A DNA stretch of 64,000 nt from contig NW_024704742.1 in assembly GCF_018977255.1 (NCBI RefSeq), positions 10,170,001 to 10,234,000 of the forward strand, in the 5' to 3' direction. The translations under genes were made by a program, and so were the position numbers. Within the stretch, counting starts at the first letter, position 1, and each line of letters starts with the position of its first letter. The DNA is from Callorhinchus milii (Eukaryota). The notes below the pieces were generated by a model. That model was not told where the DNA came from and ran no database searches. It saw only the letters and a program-made list of their open reading frames with translations. Of the stretch, positions 39,461 to 53,525 are shown one piece after another.

Positions 39461-39866
39461 CTCAAACACAACAGCCAATTGAGCACATCAGTGTCCCACA
39501 AACAGTCATGGATTGAATGACCAAATTATTTTTTTTTGAAGAAATTATTGTCCCCAGAAAAGCAATCCGCCAATCGACTAACAATTGGGTTTCTGCTGAA
39601 TGCTCGGTAAACAGAAGCATGTAGAGTAAGGAAACTTGCTCAACATTTCGTTCCTGCAGGGAATCCAAGACAGGTCTTGTGTGTTTGAGCTGCTTCTAAA
39701 GTATAACTTCCTTTCAGTGAGAGAGGAGAGAGGGAAGAGTTGTGACTATTGATTTGCATTGATATTACCAGGTTACATTGAGTCCATTTTGATCTCACCC
39801 TTTAGGTAACCAAAGCTAAAATCACTTGGCTTGCCTGAAACATATTCTGTCATTTGTCAAAAATGA

Positions 39867-40157
<291 letters not shown>

Positions 40158-40196
40158 TAGCAATGTATTGAGAGAATGTTTGAATGAGTGGGAATT

Positions 40197-40710
40197 CAAC
40201 AACAACAACTTGCACTTATATAGCGCCCTCCATATAGGGTAGTGTCTCAGAGCGCTTGACAGTGGCAGAGCCTGACTCCGAGCCGGGGGCAGGGGGTAGG
40301 TGGCCGTAAACATGGCTGAACAGGAAAGTTTTCAGGCGGGACTTGAAAGAGGGGAGAGAGGGGGCAAGTTGGAGGGATTAAGGGAGAGTTTTGGGGCATA
40401 GTGCCTGAAAGCACAACCTCCAATGGTGGGATGGAGGGTGTGAGGGACAAGCAGGAGGCTGGCGCCAGGTGGTAGATTGGGGAGTGAGGAGGTCGGAGAG
40501 GTAGAGAGGTGCCAGAGAGTGAAAGGATTTGAACGCAAATGTGAGGATCTTGAAGTCGATCCGTTTGGTGATGTGGAGCCTGACCAGAACTGGTGAGATG
40601 TGGGTTTGGAGTTTGGTCCATGTCAGGATGCAAGCAGCAGAGTTTTGAATCAGCTGGATCTTGTGAATGGTGGAGTTGGGGAGATCGGCGAAGAGTGCGT
40701 TGAAGTGCAT
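40197..40710 (-). mobile_element. Old L2 3' fragment (third tail type)
   Basis: NALFADLP..TIHKIQLIQNSAA...RIDFKIL remnant; tail with a ctaccct loop. Confidence 0.8.
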
Positions 40711-40821
40711 TCATAATGGTAATAACAGTGCTCCTCCCGCTCAGCTTGTTTGTAATAAGTAGAGGTATTTATTTCATCTTCAATTCACCTAACCTCCAGC
40801 GTTCAAAGTTCTCTTCTCTTT

Positions 40822-43031
40822 TACTCTTGCCCCCATCACTTCCCGCACTGTCTCCTACTCCCGCTCCTCCCCCTGGTACACCACCCACCTCCGCTCACTG
40901 AAATGCCAGGTGCGGGCTGCTGAGCGCACCTTTGTCAAATCCGGCTTAACGGTCCACCGACAAATCTGGCTGGACCTCCTCAAAATTTACCGCTCCACTC
41001 TAGCCTCGGCCAAGTCGTCCTTCTACTCCAGGATAATCCTGGAGGCGAAGAACAACCCCAGGCTACTGTTTTCCACCACATCCCGACTCCTCCGTCCCCC
41101 CCGCCAACCCGCGCAGGTCATCTCCTCCAACCTTCACTGCGAGGAGATGCTGGATTTCCTTGAATCCAAGATCAAGGGAATCCGCTCCGCGGTCACTTCC
41201 CCTCCAACTTCCACCCACCACCCACCCCTTCCCTCCCACACTCCGACTCCTACCCATCCTCCCCTACACACCTTCGTACCCGTTTCCCCACCCTCTGTCA
41301 CTGAACTCATCCTATCCCTAAAACCAACCACCTGCTCCCTTGACCCCATCCCCACTCCACTCCTTATCTCCCAGCTCCATTTTCTTGCCCCACACATCAC
41401 TGACATCATAAACCTGTCCCTCTCCTCTGGCTCTGTCCCCATTCCATTAAAAACTGCCATCATCACGCCCACCCTGAAAAAACCCTCCCTTGATGCGTCG
41501 CAGCTATCAAGCTACCGGCCCATCTCCAACCTCCCCTTTCTCTCCAAGGTCTTGGAAAGAGTTGTCGCCTCCCAACTGCGCTCTTTCCTCTCCACCCATT
41601 CTCTTTTTGAACCCCTTCAGTCAGGTTTCCGTGCTGCTCATAGCACAGAAACTGCCCTGGTCAAGGTCACCAATGATATCCTGACTATCTGTGACCAGGG
41701 CTCCCTCTGTCTCCTCGTCCTCCTCGACCTATCGGCAGCATTCGATACGGTCGACCACGCTATCCTACTCCACCGCTTGTCCTCCCACCTCAACCTTCAA
41801 GGCACTGTCCTTGAATGGTTTAGCTCTTACCTTTCCACCGTCTTCACTTCGTCTCAACGAATGGCTTCTCCTCCACCCCCCGTACTGTCTCATGTGGTGT
41901 CCCTCAGGGCTCTGTCCTCGGTCCCCTCCTCTTCACCCTCTATATGCTCCCCCTCGGTGACATCATCCGCAAACATGGGGTTAACTTCCACATGTATGCG
42001 GATGACACCCAACTCTACCTTTCCTCCTCTACTCTCAACTCCACGACCACCGATGTCCTGACAGCCTGCCTGTCCGACATCGAGTCCTGGACGAGAGACA
42101 ACTTTCTTCAGCTCAACGTGCGAAAAACCGAGGCCCTCCTGATTGGCTCACGTCAGCGCCTCCGCACCTCAGGCGCTGACACCATCAGCATCCAAGGCTG
42201 CACTCTCCACCTCTCAAAGCCAGTCAGGAACCTCGGCGTTTTGTTCGACCCTGAGCTGTCCTTTCTCCCTCACATCCGCACCACAACTGGCACCGCCTTC
42301 CATCACCTCCGGAATATCGCCAGACTACGGCACTACCTCACCCCTCACGCTGCTGAAACCCTGGTTCACGCCTTTGTCACCTCAAGGCTGGACTATGGGA
42401 ACTCTCTCCTCGCCGGCCTTCCCGCCACCTCCCTCCACAAGCTGCAGGTCATTCAGAACTCTGCAGCTCGTGTACTGTCCCGCACCAGGCTTCGGGACCA
42501 CATCACTCCACCCTCGCTCGCCTCCACTGGCTCCCCATCCCCCAGAGGATTGATTTCAAGATCCTCATCCTCACCTACAAGGCCATTCACGGCCTGCTCC
42601 CTCCTACCTCTCCAACCTACTATCCCCCTACCTGCCCGTACCCTCCGTTCTCTGGCTCCGGTCTGCTCCACGTCCCCCGCCCAACCGCCCTACTATCGGT
42701 GGTCGGGCCTTCAGCCTCTCAGCCCCGAGGCTCTGGAACTCCATCCCCCAGTGCCTTCGCCTTGCTTCCTCCCTTTCCTCCTTCAAGGCCGGTCTCAAAA
42801 CCTTTCTCTTTGACCGTGCCTTCAGCTCCCCTCTCGACTCTCTTCCTCCTCCTCGCTCCCTCCCTTCCCTCCCCTCACCCTGACCATTTCCCCCTCCTCT
42901 CTCCCTCCCTTCCCTCCCCTCACCCTGACCATTTCCCCCTGCTCGGGTCATGACCCAACTGTGCAGCGCCTTGGGACGTCCTCCTGACGTGAAAGGCGCT
43001 CTATAAATGGAATCTTGTTGTTGTTGTTGTT
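40822..43031 (+). mobile_element. Young L2 LINE copy B (longest; 5'-truncated, no endonuclease domain), in SH2D4A intron 1
   Basis: 383-aa and 289-aa ORF pieces with [27 protein letters not shown] and YADD; tail followed by (TTG)n. Confidence 0.96.
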
Positions 43032-45927
43032 CTCTAAACTCTCATTCACTCTTTTCCCGTTTTCTCCTCACTTATTGATACGGAACCTCGGCATCCTGTT
43101 CGACCTACAACTGTCCATCATCTCCCACATCTGTGCCATGACCCGCTCTGCCATTCCCCGCCTCCGCAACATTTCCCTGCTCTGCCATTGTCTCTCACCA
43201 CAGGCCGCTGAGATCCTCATCCATGTGTTCATCATATCCAGGCTTGACTACACAAACTGTCTGCTTGTCGGCCTCCTCAACTCCTCCTTCCACATCATCC
43301 AGAACTCTGCAGACCGTGGCCTCTCCCGCATTATCACCCCCATCATCGCCAGATTCCAGTGGCTCCCCATCACCAGAGGATACAGTTCAAGATCCTGGTC
43401 CTCACCTTCAAAGCCCTCCATGGCCTTGCTCCTCCCTACTTCTGAGACCTCCAAACCCCCTACCATCCTGTCCACCCCTCCGCTCAATGGGCTCCAGCCT
43501 TCTTTACGTCCCCCACGTTGCCCGCCCCACCATTGTCGGGTGGGCCTTCTGCCTCTCTGCCCCCACGCTCTGAACTCCATGCCACAGACCCTCCACCTCG
43601 CCCCCTCCCTTGCTTCCTTCAAGACCAGTCTCAAAACCCTCTTCTTCGACTGTGCCTTTGATCACCCCCCTACCTCTACCCTCCCCACCCTCCTCCCCTC
43701 CTGATCCCAACCACCAGCTTGGGTGTGGATCCTTGACTGTCCAGTGTCTTGGGACGTCTTCCTGACGTGAAAGGCGCAATACAAATGTAATTTGTTGTTG
43801 TTTCTTTTCCTCTCCTAGCTCTTTCTTAATGTCATGGACGTTCTTTGTGCAGCGCCATCCTATTTGCATATAACGTAGCTCAATTGGGCTTTGAACTTCT
43901 ATTGAACTGATAGAAAATACAGTTACTTCTCTCCCCAAAATCTGGTAGTTGATGCAGAACAGGATGCAAACACGCTTTTGGTTTTGAGAGCAGCTAACTG
44001 AACAAAATACTATAGCTCTGTGCGTCTCCTACAAGTCCTATTTCAGGAGTTGTGTTTTTCAAACTGCAGTTTGAATTTTTAGTTCAAAACTGTATTTGAG
44101 AAGAAAAACATATTTTTTTCAAACTGTGGTTTTGTACTGAGAACAGTATTTGCTTCATTTAGACAGATATTATGAACAAAAGGAACAAGCAATGCGCTAA
44201 AAACAGAAGCAGCAGAAGTCTTTTGAGTTTGCAAAATGTTTCCACTGACCTTATGCTTGGTCACCTGAGTAAGACATAAAACTCTGCATCTACTTAGACT
44301 TGACGTGCTCAGCAGGAGTGGTGCTGATTCTGGTTAAAGAAAATCTTAATGCTAGACTGCCCCAGACAGCTTGAACAGCTTTCAGGTGCTGCTGTTGAGC
44401 ACTGTATGATAGGTGCCTCTACTCTGCCACGTGGCATATTCCCCAAGTCAAAGTGCTTTAAGGGTTTACCTTGCAATCATATTGTAGTTGGAAAATCGCA
44501 CACCTTTCTCACTGTTCTCCCACAGACCGAAACTTGATGAAGTACTTTTAAAACCTTTCCGATGTCTGAAAACCTTACCCTGTGAAACCATGGTGTTGAA
44601 CGTTGAAAGGTGGAACATTCTTTGATTTGGTCTTGGTTTGGAAGCTGCTTTTCCACAGTTGGTACAAAGATGGCTTCGTAATTTATGATTTTTCCACGAT
44701 TCTGTGTGGATCTTAAATAATAATTCATGAATAATGTTAATTATTATAATAATAATAATTTGGTGAGTCAATCCACGAGTGATTGTGGGACACTGCTGTG
44801 CGCAATTGGCTGCTGCGTTTCGCCCACAAATATACAGTCACTACATTCACAGTATATTCTGTGAAACGCTTTGAGATGCTGCAAAGTCATGCTAACACGC
44901 TATATCAAATGCAAGGATTATTATTATAAATTATATTATCTGTATATCTGTAGACAAGTGTAGCAGCCAATTTGTGGGGCTTCAACCCACAACCTTCTGA
45001 CTCAGAGCAGAGTGCTACCAACTGACCTAGGTTGACACGCTAATATGTCTCTAGATTCGCATTCCTCCTCTTGTTGTTATTTACACGATAGTATGAGCAG
45101 TGGCCTGAGAGCAGTTCCCCATGCACAAGCTCACATGGGACTGGGGTAACATGCCAGGATATGTCATAGTGAGTAACAAGTTCTGAAAGTAGACTGGGAA
45201 CAAATGTTTCATACCATGTTGTTGGGTTCGAAGGGCAGTTCTAGCCAAGCTCCACTGGCTCCCTATCACTGAACGGGTCGACTTCAAGATCCTCACACTC
45301 ATTTTCAAATCCCTTCCCACCCTGGCACATCCCTACTTCTCCGGCCTGCTTATCCCCCAACCAACAGCCTGCTGCCTCCGCTCGACTGACTCTGGCCTTC
45401 TGCATATCCCTCTTGCCCTCCGATCCACCATTGGTGACCATGCTTTCAGCCACTGCGCCCCGAAACTCTGGAACACTCTTCCTCTATCCCTCTGTCTTGC
45501 CCCTTGCTTCCTCATTTTCAGGTCACGCCTGAAGACCTACCTATTCGACAGTGCCTACGGTCAATCAACCCTTACCTGGCTCGGCATCGTTCTCCGCCAC
45601 TGTCAAGCTCTCTGGGACGCTACCCTGCGTGAGGGGCGCTATATCAATGCAAGTTGTTGTTGTGTGGCCTGTAGAGGAATTAATCTCGCTGTTTAACCTG
45701 GGACAAAGATGTGGGCAGGAACACCAGCTTATTCAATTTCACCACAATGTAAAATCAGGAAACAGTCGCTTGTATTCTATGCTTTATACTCATTTAATTA
45801 CTAAGCCAAAACAACAAAGACCTTTGCATTGGTTCAATAAACAGGTTACAATAGGCAATAAGCAATTCGTGCTCACATACACGTGACAATATCAAAGTTC
45901 ACAGGCAACAGACAAAATTCTCTGATT
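41301..45927 (+). repeat. 4.6-kb duplicated block, copy 2
   Basis: Matches copy 1. Ends at tctgatt, followed by a headless SINE (45925-46213). Confidence 0.97.
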
Positions 45928-46577
45928 CCCGGGCAGGGCGAAACATTGGGCAAGTTTCCTTACTCCACATGCCACTGTTTACCTAGTAGTAAGTAGGAAC
46001 CCAGTTGTTAGTCAATTGACAGATTGTTTTTCCGGGGGTAATAATTCCTTCAAAAAAATGAACAATTGGTCACTCAATCCACGACTGTTTGTGGGACACC
46101 CCTGCCACGTTTCGCCCACAAGATATAGTCGATTCACTTTTCTGTGTAGTGCTTTGAGATGTCTTGAAGACATGATAAGGCGCTATATGAAATGCAAGGA
46201 TTATTATTATTATTGGTTCATATCAGCCCTTTCTTGCCCACCTGATGATTGTCTGTTTAATCATGTCGACCTTGGATTCTCAGGCCAGCTCTGATTAAGA
46301 CAATACAGGACTGTGCAGCAGCAACTAATTCTTGTCACAATAAACTACAGCTGCAATAACAAATTCACTTGTTCTCGCTTAGCCAATTTAACTCTTCATA
46401 ATACAATACACAGCATCTCCTCAAACGATTTTATCTAGCGTTGCACCAGCTACATCAAAACACCTGTCATACTTAGATGGAAGTTCTGCAACTCAGCTCA
46501 ATTTAACAAAAACAGTTTATAATCAAGATGATTATGTCATCTCGACACCTGCTAACAAGCATAAGCAACCTTAACTT

Positions 46578-46886
46578 AATAATAATCCTTGCCTTTGATA
46601 TAGCGCTTTTCACGTCTTCTCGATGTCTCAAAGCGCTTCAAAGAATAGACTGTAAAATGAATTGACTATATTTGTGGGCGAAACGCAGCAGCCAATTGTG
46701 CACAGCAGTGTCCCACAAACAGTCATGGATTGAAAATGACCAATTTTTTATTATTGTTTTTTGGAGGGATTATTATTAGGTGTGTGGAGTAAGGAAACTT
46801 GCCCAAGGTTTCGCCCTGCCTGGAATTGAACTCAGGTCTCTCGCTTGCAAGGCAAGTGCTCTAACCACTGAACTACAGGACTCCAC
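46578..46886 (-). mobile_element. tRNA-derived SINE, short subfamily
   Basis: Same central deletion as the 9599 and 10845 copies. Confidence 0.9.
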
Positions 46887-48026
46887 AAAATAACTGCAAT
46901 CATTTATTGGATATTTACCTGTTTCTCAAAGTGCTAATAATATACCCACCCTGACTTTAAATATCAAATGCAAATATTTTGATATGTTATGTAAAATCAC
47001 TATCATACCAGAGGCTATTGAGGAAATGTTTTCAAGTGCTCTGCCTTCAGGCTAAAACAGATATGCATAGTAAAACAAAGTAGATGAGGGAAAGACAAAA
47101 ATACCACATCTTCACCATGAAAAGGACAACTCAGTATGCTTTTGTAAACAGTGGAAGCTCAAAGAAATGTTGACCTAACTAGTGAGTTTAAATTATTGCC
47201 CAATATTGCAATTAATAGGATTGCAAATACTGCCCACATTAGTGGGGTGAGCTTCCATTGTACTTTAATGAAGTGGCAATTTTAAAGTTATAAATTACTA
47301 AATTAAACTAGATGCACTTTGCAAACATATATGGGAGGGAAACAAGATATATTTACTAGTCAATATCTACAGCACAAGTTGAGAATTGCACAACTGTGAT
47401 GGCAAATAATGGTCACAAAAAGGCAGGCTGGTTCAACATGCAATATGAAGTTCACACATTCCTTATAACTGCTGTTGTACCAAAGAACACTCAATGCCAT
47501 TGCAGTATATGAACAATAATTAAATTTTCAGTTTGAAACGTGATGCATTTGTAAATGAATCCCAGTGCACAAAAAACTACATCCACAGTTCAAAATGCCA
47601 AAACCAAAAAGACGTTATAATAATTACATGTATCTGAACCAATTATAGTATTTCCATTGGCCAACAATGATATAGAAAGCTGTTTATAATGAAATTTGCT
47701 ACTGACAAGACATATTTTACTTTGCCACATCTTGAAGTACCAACCTCCACCAAAAATTATCTAGACCTTTGTGAGAAGTAATCCTTTAGATCTTTTGATT
47801 ACTGTAACTTAAAATACAAATAGACACAGATTTTGGTTAGGAACTACTCCAGATGTAGATAAAAAACCTTTTATAATAAAAATCTTTTATACTCAAGATT
47901 GTAATTCTGCATGTCATCTTGACACTTGCTAACAAGCATAAGCGTAATTTAACTACGATATCTGTTTTCATAATTTGCCTTGGATCATAACAATGTTTTG
48001 GGAAAATTATTCCTCTTTGCATTATA

Positions 48027-48347
48027 GTGGAGTGCTCAATGGTTAGAACACTCGCCTCGCAAGAGACAGGACCTGGGTTTGATTCCCAGCAGGGCAAGTT
48101 GGGCAGTAGGAAGCCAATTGTTAGTTGATTGGCAGATTGCTTTTCCGGGATAATAATTCCTTTTTAAAAAAATAATTTAGTCACAATATCCTTGACTGTT
48201 TGTGGGACACTGTTGTGCATAAATGGCTGCTGCATTTCACTCACAAAATCTACAATCAATTCACTTTTACAGTATATTCTGTGAAGCATTTGGAGTCGTC
48301 TTGAAGACGTGATAAGGTGCTATATCAAATGCAAGAATTATTATTAT
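48027..48347 (+). mobile_element. Degenerate tRNA-derived SINE
   Basis: Partial head, body and tail. Confidence 0.8.
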
Positions 48348-51275
48348 CTTCACATTGCACTTGAAAACTCTTCCTGGAACCATTCCTGCTCTCAAACTAC
48401 TGCCCCATCTCCAACCTTCCTTTCCTCCTCAAGGTTCTGGAACAAATTGTTGCTTCCCACCTTCACTCCTTCCTCCCCGCCACTCCCTTCACGAACCCCT
48501 CCAGTCGGGTTTCCGTGTCACCCACAGCACAGAAACAGCGCTAGCCAAAGTGACAGATGATATTCTGTCCATCTGCGACAAGGGCTCCCTCTGCTTTCTT
48601 GTCCTCTTTGACCTCTCTGCTGCCTTCGACACCGTTGACCATTCTGTCCTCATCCATTGCCTTCCCATCACACAGACGATACCGTTCAAGATCCTGGTCC
48701 TCACCTTCAAAGCCCTCCATGGCCTTGCTCCCCCTACCTCTGTGACCTCCTAACCCCCTACCAATCTGCCCGCTCCCTCCGCTCAGTGGGCTCCTGCTTC
48801 ACGTCCTTCACCTCGCCCGCCCCACCATTGATAGGCGGGCCTTCAGCCTCTATGCCCCCACCCTCTGGTACTCCACCCCGCAGTACCACCCCCTCCATTG
48901 GCTCCTTCAAGACCCATCTCAAAACTCTCCTATTCAACTGTGCCTTCGATCACCCTCCTTCCCCCTCCGCCTTTCTACCCCGCATCTCTGCCATGACCCA
49001 CTCTGCCTTACCTCATCTCCGCAACATCGCATGGCTCCATCATTGTCGGGGAGGGTGGCCTCCACCCTCCTTGATCCCGATCCCCAGCTCGGGTCCAAAA
49101 CACTGACTGTCCAGCGCCTTGGGATGTCCTCCCGATGTGAAAGGCACTGTACAAATGTAATTTTGTTGTTGTTGGTGATGAAAATGTTTGACGGTCACCT
49201 CCCCTTTCATCCCCTTCATTTTGAGAGCGATCCCATGTGAAGGGCACAGTATAAATTCAAGGTGTTGTTGCTAACCTTTGGACTTTGGCACTTACTGTTT
49301 GAACGGGCGAAATGTATTTTTGTATTACAGCATCTTTCTCTGCAACAATCTTTGGTATTCCAGTTCAGGTACAGCGAAAAGCCAGGTCTTTCAGCACCTT
49401 GTCAGTCTCAACCTGAGAATAGCATTCATTTCTATCGCACCACTACGAAATACCATTTCCATTTCCAGCCACCTCTTGTGATGCCTCTAATTGATTGCAA
49501 ATTTTGACCTGATGAAGTCATTTTTATACTTACTGCTGGTAAACAGAGGCATGTGGAGTAAGGAAACTTGGCCAACATTTCGCCGTGCCGGGAATTGAAC
49601 CCAGGTCCTCTCATTTGTGAGGCGAGTGCTCTAACCAGTGAGCTACAGGACTCCACCATTTAGTATCGTCATCTAGTAAAATGTAGGGGTCTCAAAGTGA
49701 ACCTTTGCACGGGCCACTCCACAAGGCATCCACCTCCCCTGACTGGCCCAATGTGCTGATCGATGTCTAATGCCTACACTTCTCTTTGCTCATTTTTATA
49801 ATCTAAACCTGTTCAGATTGTTGCAATGTTCTATTGTTTCCATAAGGCTATAAAACACACCATTGGAAGTACAGTATTGCTTTGTGCTCTGCCGTGCACA
49901 TTTTTATTGGGTTTTGTAGAGCAATCCCAGTTTTAGTTTTGCTCTCTGTGCTGTTACAAACTTTGTATAAAACTGTGAATGTCGGGATTTATTGTGGAGT
50001 TTTGATGACATCATATCACTTTGAAGAGGGGGTCTTACGAAAGTTTTGTTCCCCCTGGGGCAAGTTACAGGGTCTCAGTCATCATTGAGGATAAAAATAA
50101 ATTGGCAGGTTGGAAGTGTAATGACTGGAAATTTTCTAATTCTTTTATTGGAAATTGTGTTTCCTTGGAAAAAGAAACCACACGGGATGGAGGGCGGGGG
50201 AAACCTTTGAAAGCAAAAAGCCGGAGGGAGTTGATCCATCAGTAATTTTATTAGCAGTTTGTTAAAATAAGCATCAAATTTAAAGAAGAGCGAGTGGGAG
50301 ATTGGCACAGAAAGATCTATAAATATCTCTCTGCCAATTTCTTATTGATACAGAATTTACAAAGCATTGGCCCAATCCAGTGCATTTTAGGTGCAAAGTG
50401 AAATTATGCTACATTGGACTTGACGGATTACTGGGCTAATGATTTGTTGCAGGGTTACATACAGCACATGGTGTATATTGCAGAGACACGGGGCAGGAAG
50501 GCAAGGAAATTTGGGACTCCTGCTCCTGTTTACTATCCAGCAATCCATGCTGAAAATACATGTGGGGATACGGCTGCATTCATTTTCATTGTTTGCAGGC
50601 CTTGCAATGAACCTAATGGCCTTTGCCATTACACTTGCCAGAGTACTGGAAAGAACGTACACCTGTGGAACAGTAACCCAGTGTAAATTACTGTACTTCC
50701 TTCAGGAAAAGATGCATAGAGAAGGGAAATTAGACTCAAGATTTTGTTTGCTATTGGAGTAAAGCTAGAAAACCCCACAGTTTAAACAACAGACTTCTAA
50801 ATGAACACCATGAAGTCATCAATAATGATGATCCCATGTTTCAAATCTGTTTATGTCCTTTTTTTAAAAAAAAATTAAAGATGTCATTGTATAAACATAG
50901 GCATAATAATAATAATCCTTGCATTTGATATAGCATCTTATCTTGTCTTCGAGATGTCTCAAAGAGCTTCACAAATTATGCTGCAAAGTGAATTGACTGT
51001 ATATTTTGTAGGTGAAATGCAGCAGCCAATTTGCGCACAGCAGTGTCCCAAAAAGTCATGGAGTGAGTGACTAATTTTATTTGGGCGATTTGTTAGCCAG
51101 GACAGCGTGAGAGAGAAACTCTCATTTCTTTTCGTCACAGGATCTTTAACATCCACCTGAACAGGCAGACGAGACCTCGATTTAATTTCTCATCTGAAGG
51201 ACAGCATCACAAACATTTGAATGATCGATTTTATCTGGAGGATTGTTGGCCAGAATCCAGGAAAATCTCTTTTTT

Positions 51276-51659
51276 AATAATAATAATAATCCTTGCATTT
51301 GATATACAATATAAAAAAATACAAATCACATCTTCGAGGTGTCTCAAAGCGCTTCAAAGAATATACTGTAAAGTGAATTGACTATATTTTGTGAGCGAAA
51401 CGCGGCAGCCAATGTTTACAGCAGCGTCCCACAAACAGTCGTGGATTATGTGACAAATTATTATTATTATTTTTGTTGGAAGGGATTATTACCCCTGGAA
51501 AAGCGATCTGCCAATCGACTAACAACCGGGTTCCTACTTACTGCTGGGTAAATAGAGGCGTGTGGAGTAGGAATCTTGCCCAACAATTCGCCCTGCCAGG
51601 AATGAAACCCAGGTCCTCTCGCTTGCGAGTGCTCTAACCAATGAGCTACAGTACTCCAC
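51276..51659 (-). mobile_element. Full-length tRNA-derived SINE about 70 bp upstream of exon 2
   Basis: Head, body and tail present. Confidence 0.88.
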
Positions 51660-51685
51660 AATAGTGCCAGAATCAAAACTATTAG

Positions 51686-51979
<294 letters not shown>

Positions 51980-52867
51980 TGACTTTAGTAGGATTTGGCT
52001 GCCGGGTTTCGCCCACAGAATACACAATCAGCAACAACAACTTGCAATTATATAGTGCCCCTCATGCAGGGTAGCGTCCCAGATTGCTTGTATATTCAGT
52101 ATTCAGTATACCACTTTACAGTAAATTCTGTGAAACGCTTTGAGACTTCTCACAGACATAAGAAGCTATATCAAATGTAAGGATTATTATTATTACTATT
52201 GGTTCAGTTTGTTTGTCATGAGAGTCATGCTAGAGATGGTTTGGAGACAAGATAGAATAAAAAGCTTTATCTAAGGATTTAAAATCAAATTTTGAAACCC
52301 ATTTCAGTATAGGATAATGGGAGAGAGTACAAAACCAACATGTCAGCAGTGAGCTATACACAAAGACAATGCTGCAGGAGGAAGGAAATCTTGTATCTTA
52401 AAGCAATAGTCATATTATTCAACACACTGTGGACAAATGACACTTTATCAATGGCCAATTAATGCAGCAAACTAGTGTTTTGCCCACAAAATATACAGTC
52501 AATTCACTTTACAGTGTATGCTGTGAAACGCTTTGAGACGTCTCGAAGACATGACAAGGAGCTATGTCAAATGCAAGGATTATTATTGTTACATTATATT
52601 AACTGCAGCATCTGAGTAGAATAAGAGCTAACACCAGAAGAGTGAAGTTCAGAAATAAGACCAGAGCATTAGGGAGACATTTCTGTCACTGAGTGAATTA
52701 TTTGAATTGAATGCCATTCGATTTTATTTTGCTGCACAGCACTGGAAATCACATACCCATCATTATAATCTCTGCAAGTTTAGTCATGTCCTGATTGGCT
52801 AGATGTCCAACTGATTTACAGCGTGTTTTTTGTTTCCTTTTTAATAAAAGTTTGCTTGGTTTAACAG

Positions 52868-53036
52868 GAGGGTGAAGGAGAAGGAACTAACTAGGAGATT
52901 CTCCCGCTCACTTAAGGTGGGAGGAGAGCGGGGTGTAGATGCTGTCAAACAAAAAGAAGCAAAAATGAGAGCAGCAGCAGAGGAAGAGGCCAGGAAAGTG
53001 GCTGCTGAGCACGAGAGAATGCAAGTGGAATTAAAG
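52868..53036 (+). CDS. SH2D4A: SH2D4A coding exon 3, coiled-coil-like (RVKEKELTRRFSRSLK...EHERMQVELK)
   Basis: Acceptor ttaacag ends 52867; donor gtaaac at 53037. 169 nt, phase 2 in and phase 0 out, in frame with exon 2. E/K/R/A-rich. Confidence 0.85.
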
Positions 53037-53099
53037 GTAAACGGGCACTTTCTCAATACTTCAACAATAACTGCACTTGTCACAATGCAATAATAATAT

Positions 53100-53525
53100 T
53101 AATAATAATTATCCTTGCACCTGATGTACCACCTTATCAGGTTGAGAATCTCCAAATATTACACACATCGTGTTTCTGCAAAATGTCTCAACTATATTTA
53201 TATGCACATAACAATGTCCCACCAACAGCCATGAAGTGAACAAGTGATTTTTTTTTAATCTGGGGGAATTGTTGGCCAGGACCCTGGGGAAACACTCCCT
53301 TCTATTTTCAAATAGTGCAATTGGATCATTAACAACCCCCTAAACAAGCAAACAGGACCTCAGCTTAATGTCTCAACTAAACTGCACCTCTGACAATGCG
53401 GGATTCGCTGGCACTGCACTGGAGTAGGGTGTCAGCGTTAACTATATGGGTTCAAGGTCCCACAGTGTGGCTTGAATCCAAACCCTTCTAATTCAGAGGA
53501 GAGAACGCTACTGACTGAGCCAGGT
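53100..53525 (-). mobile_element. Near full-length old Deu-domain SINE with tRNA-like head
   Basis: Reverse complement reads ggctcagtcagtagcgttctctcctctgaattag...cattgtcagaggtgc...ctgaggtcctgtttgc...gtcctggccaacaatt. Related pieces lie at ~13510-13650, 27600-28020, 50900-51210 and 55500-55745. Confidence 0.72.

Noticed and set aside
39149..39501. His/Thr/Arg-rich and Val/Cys-rich ORFs
   Set aside because: Products of the TG/TC microsatellite.
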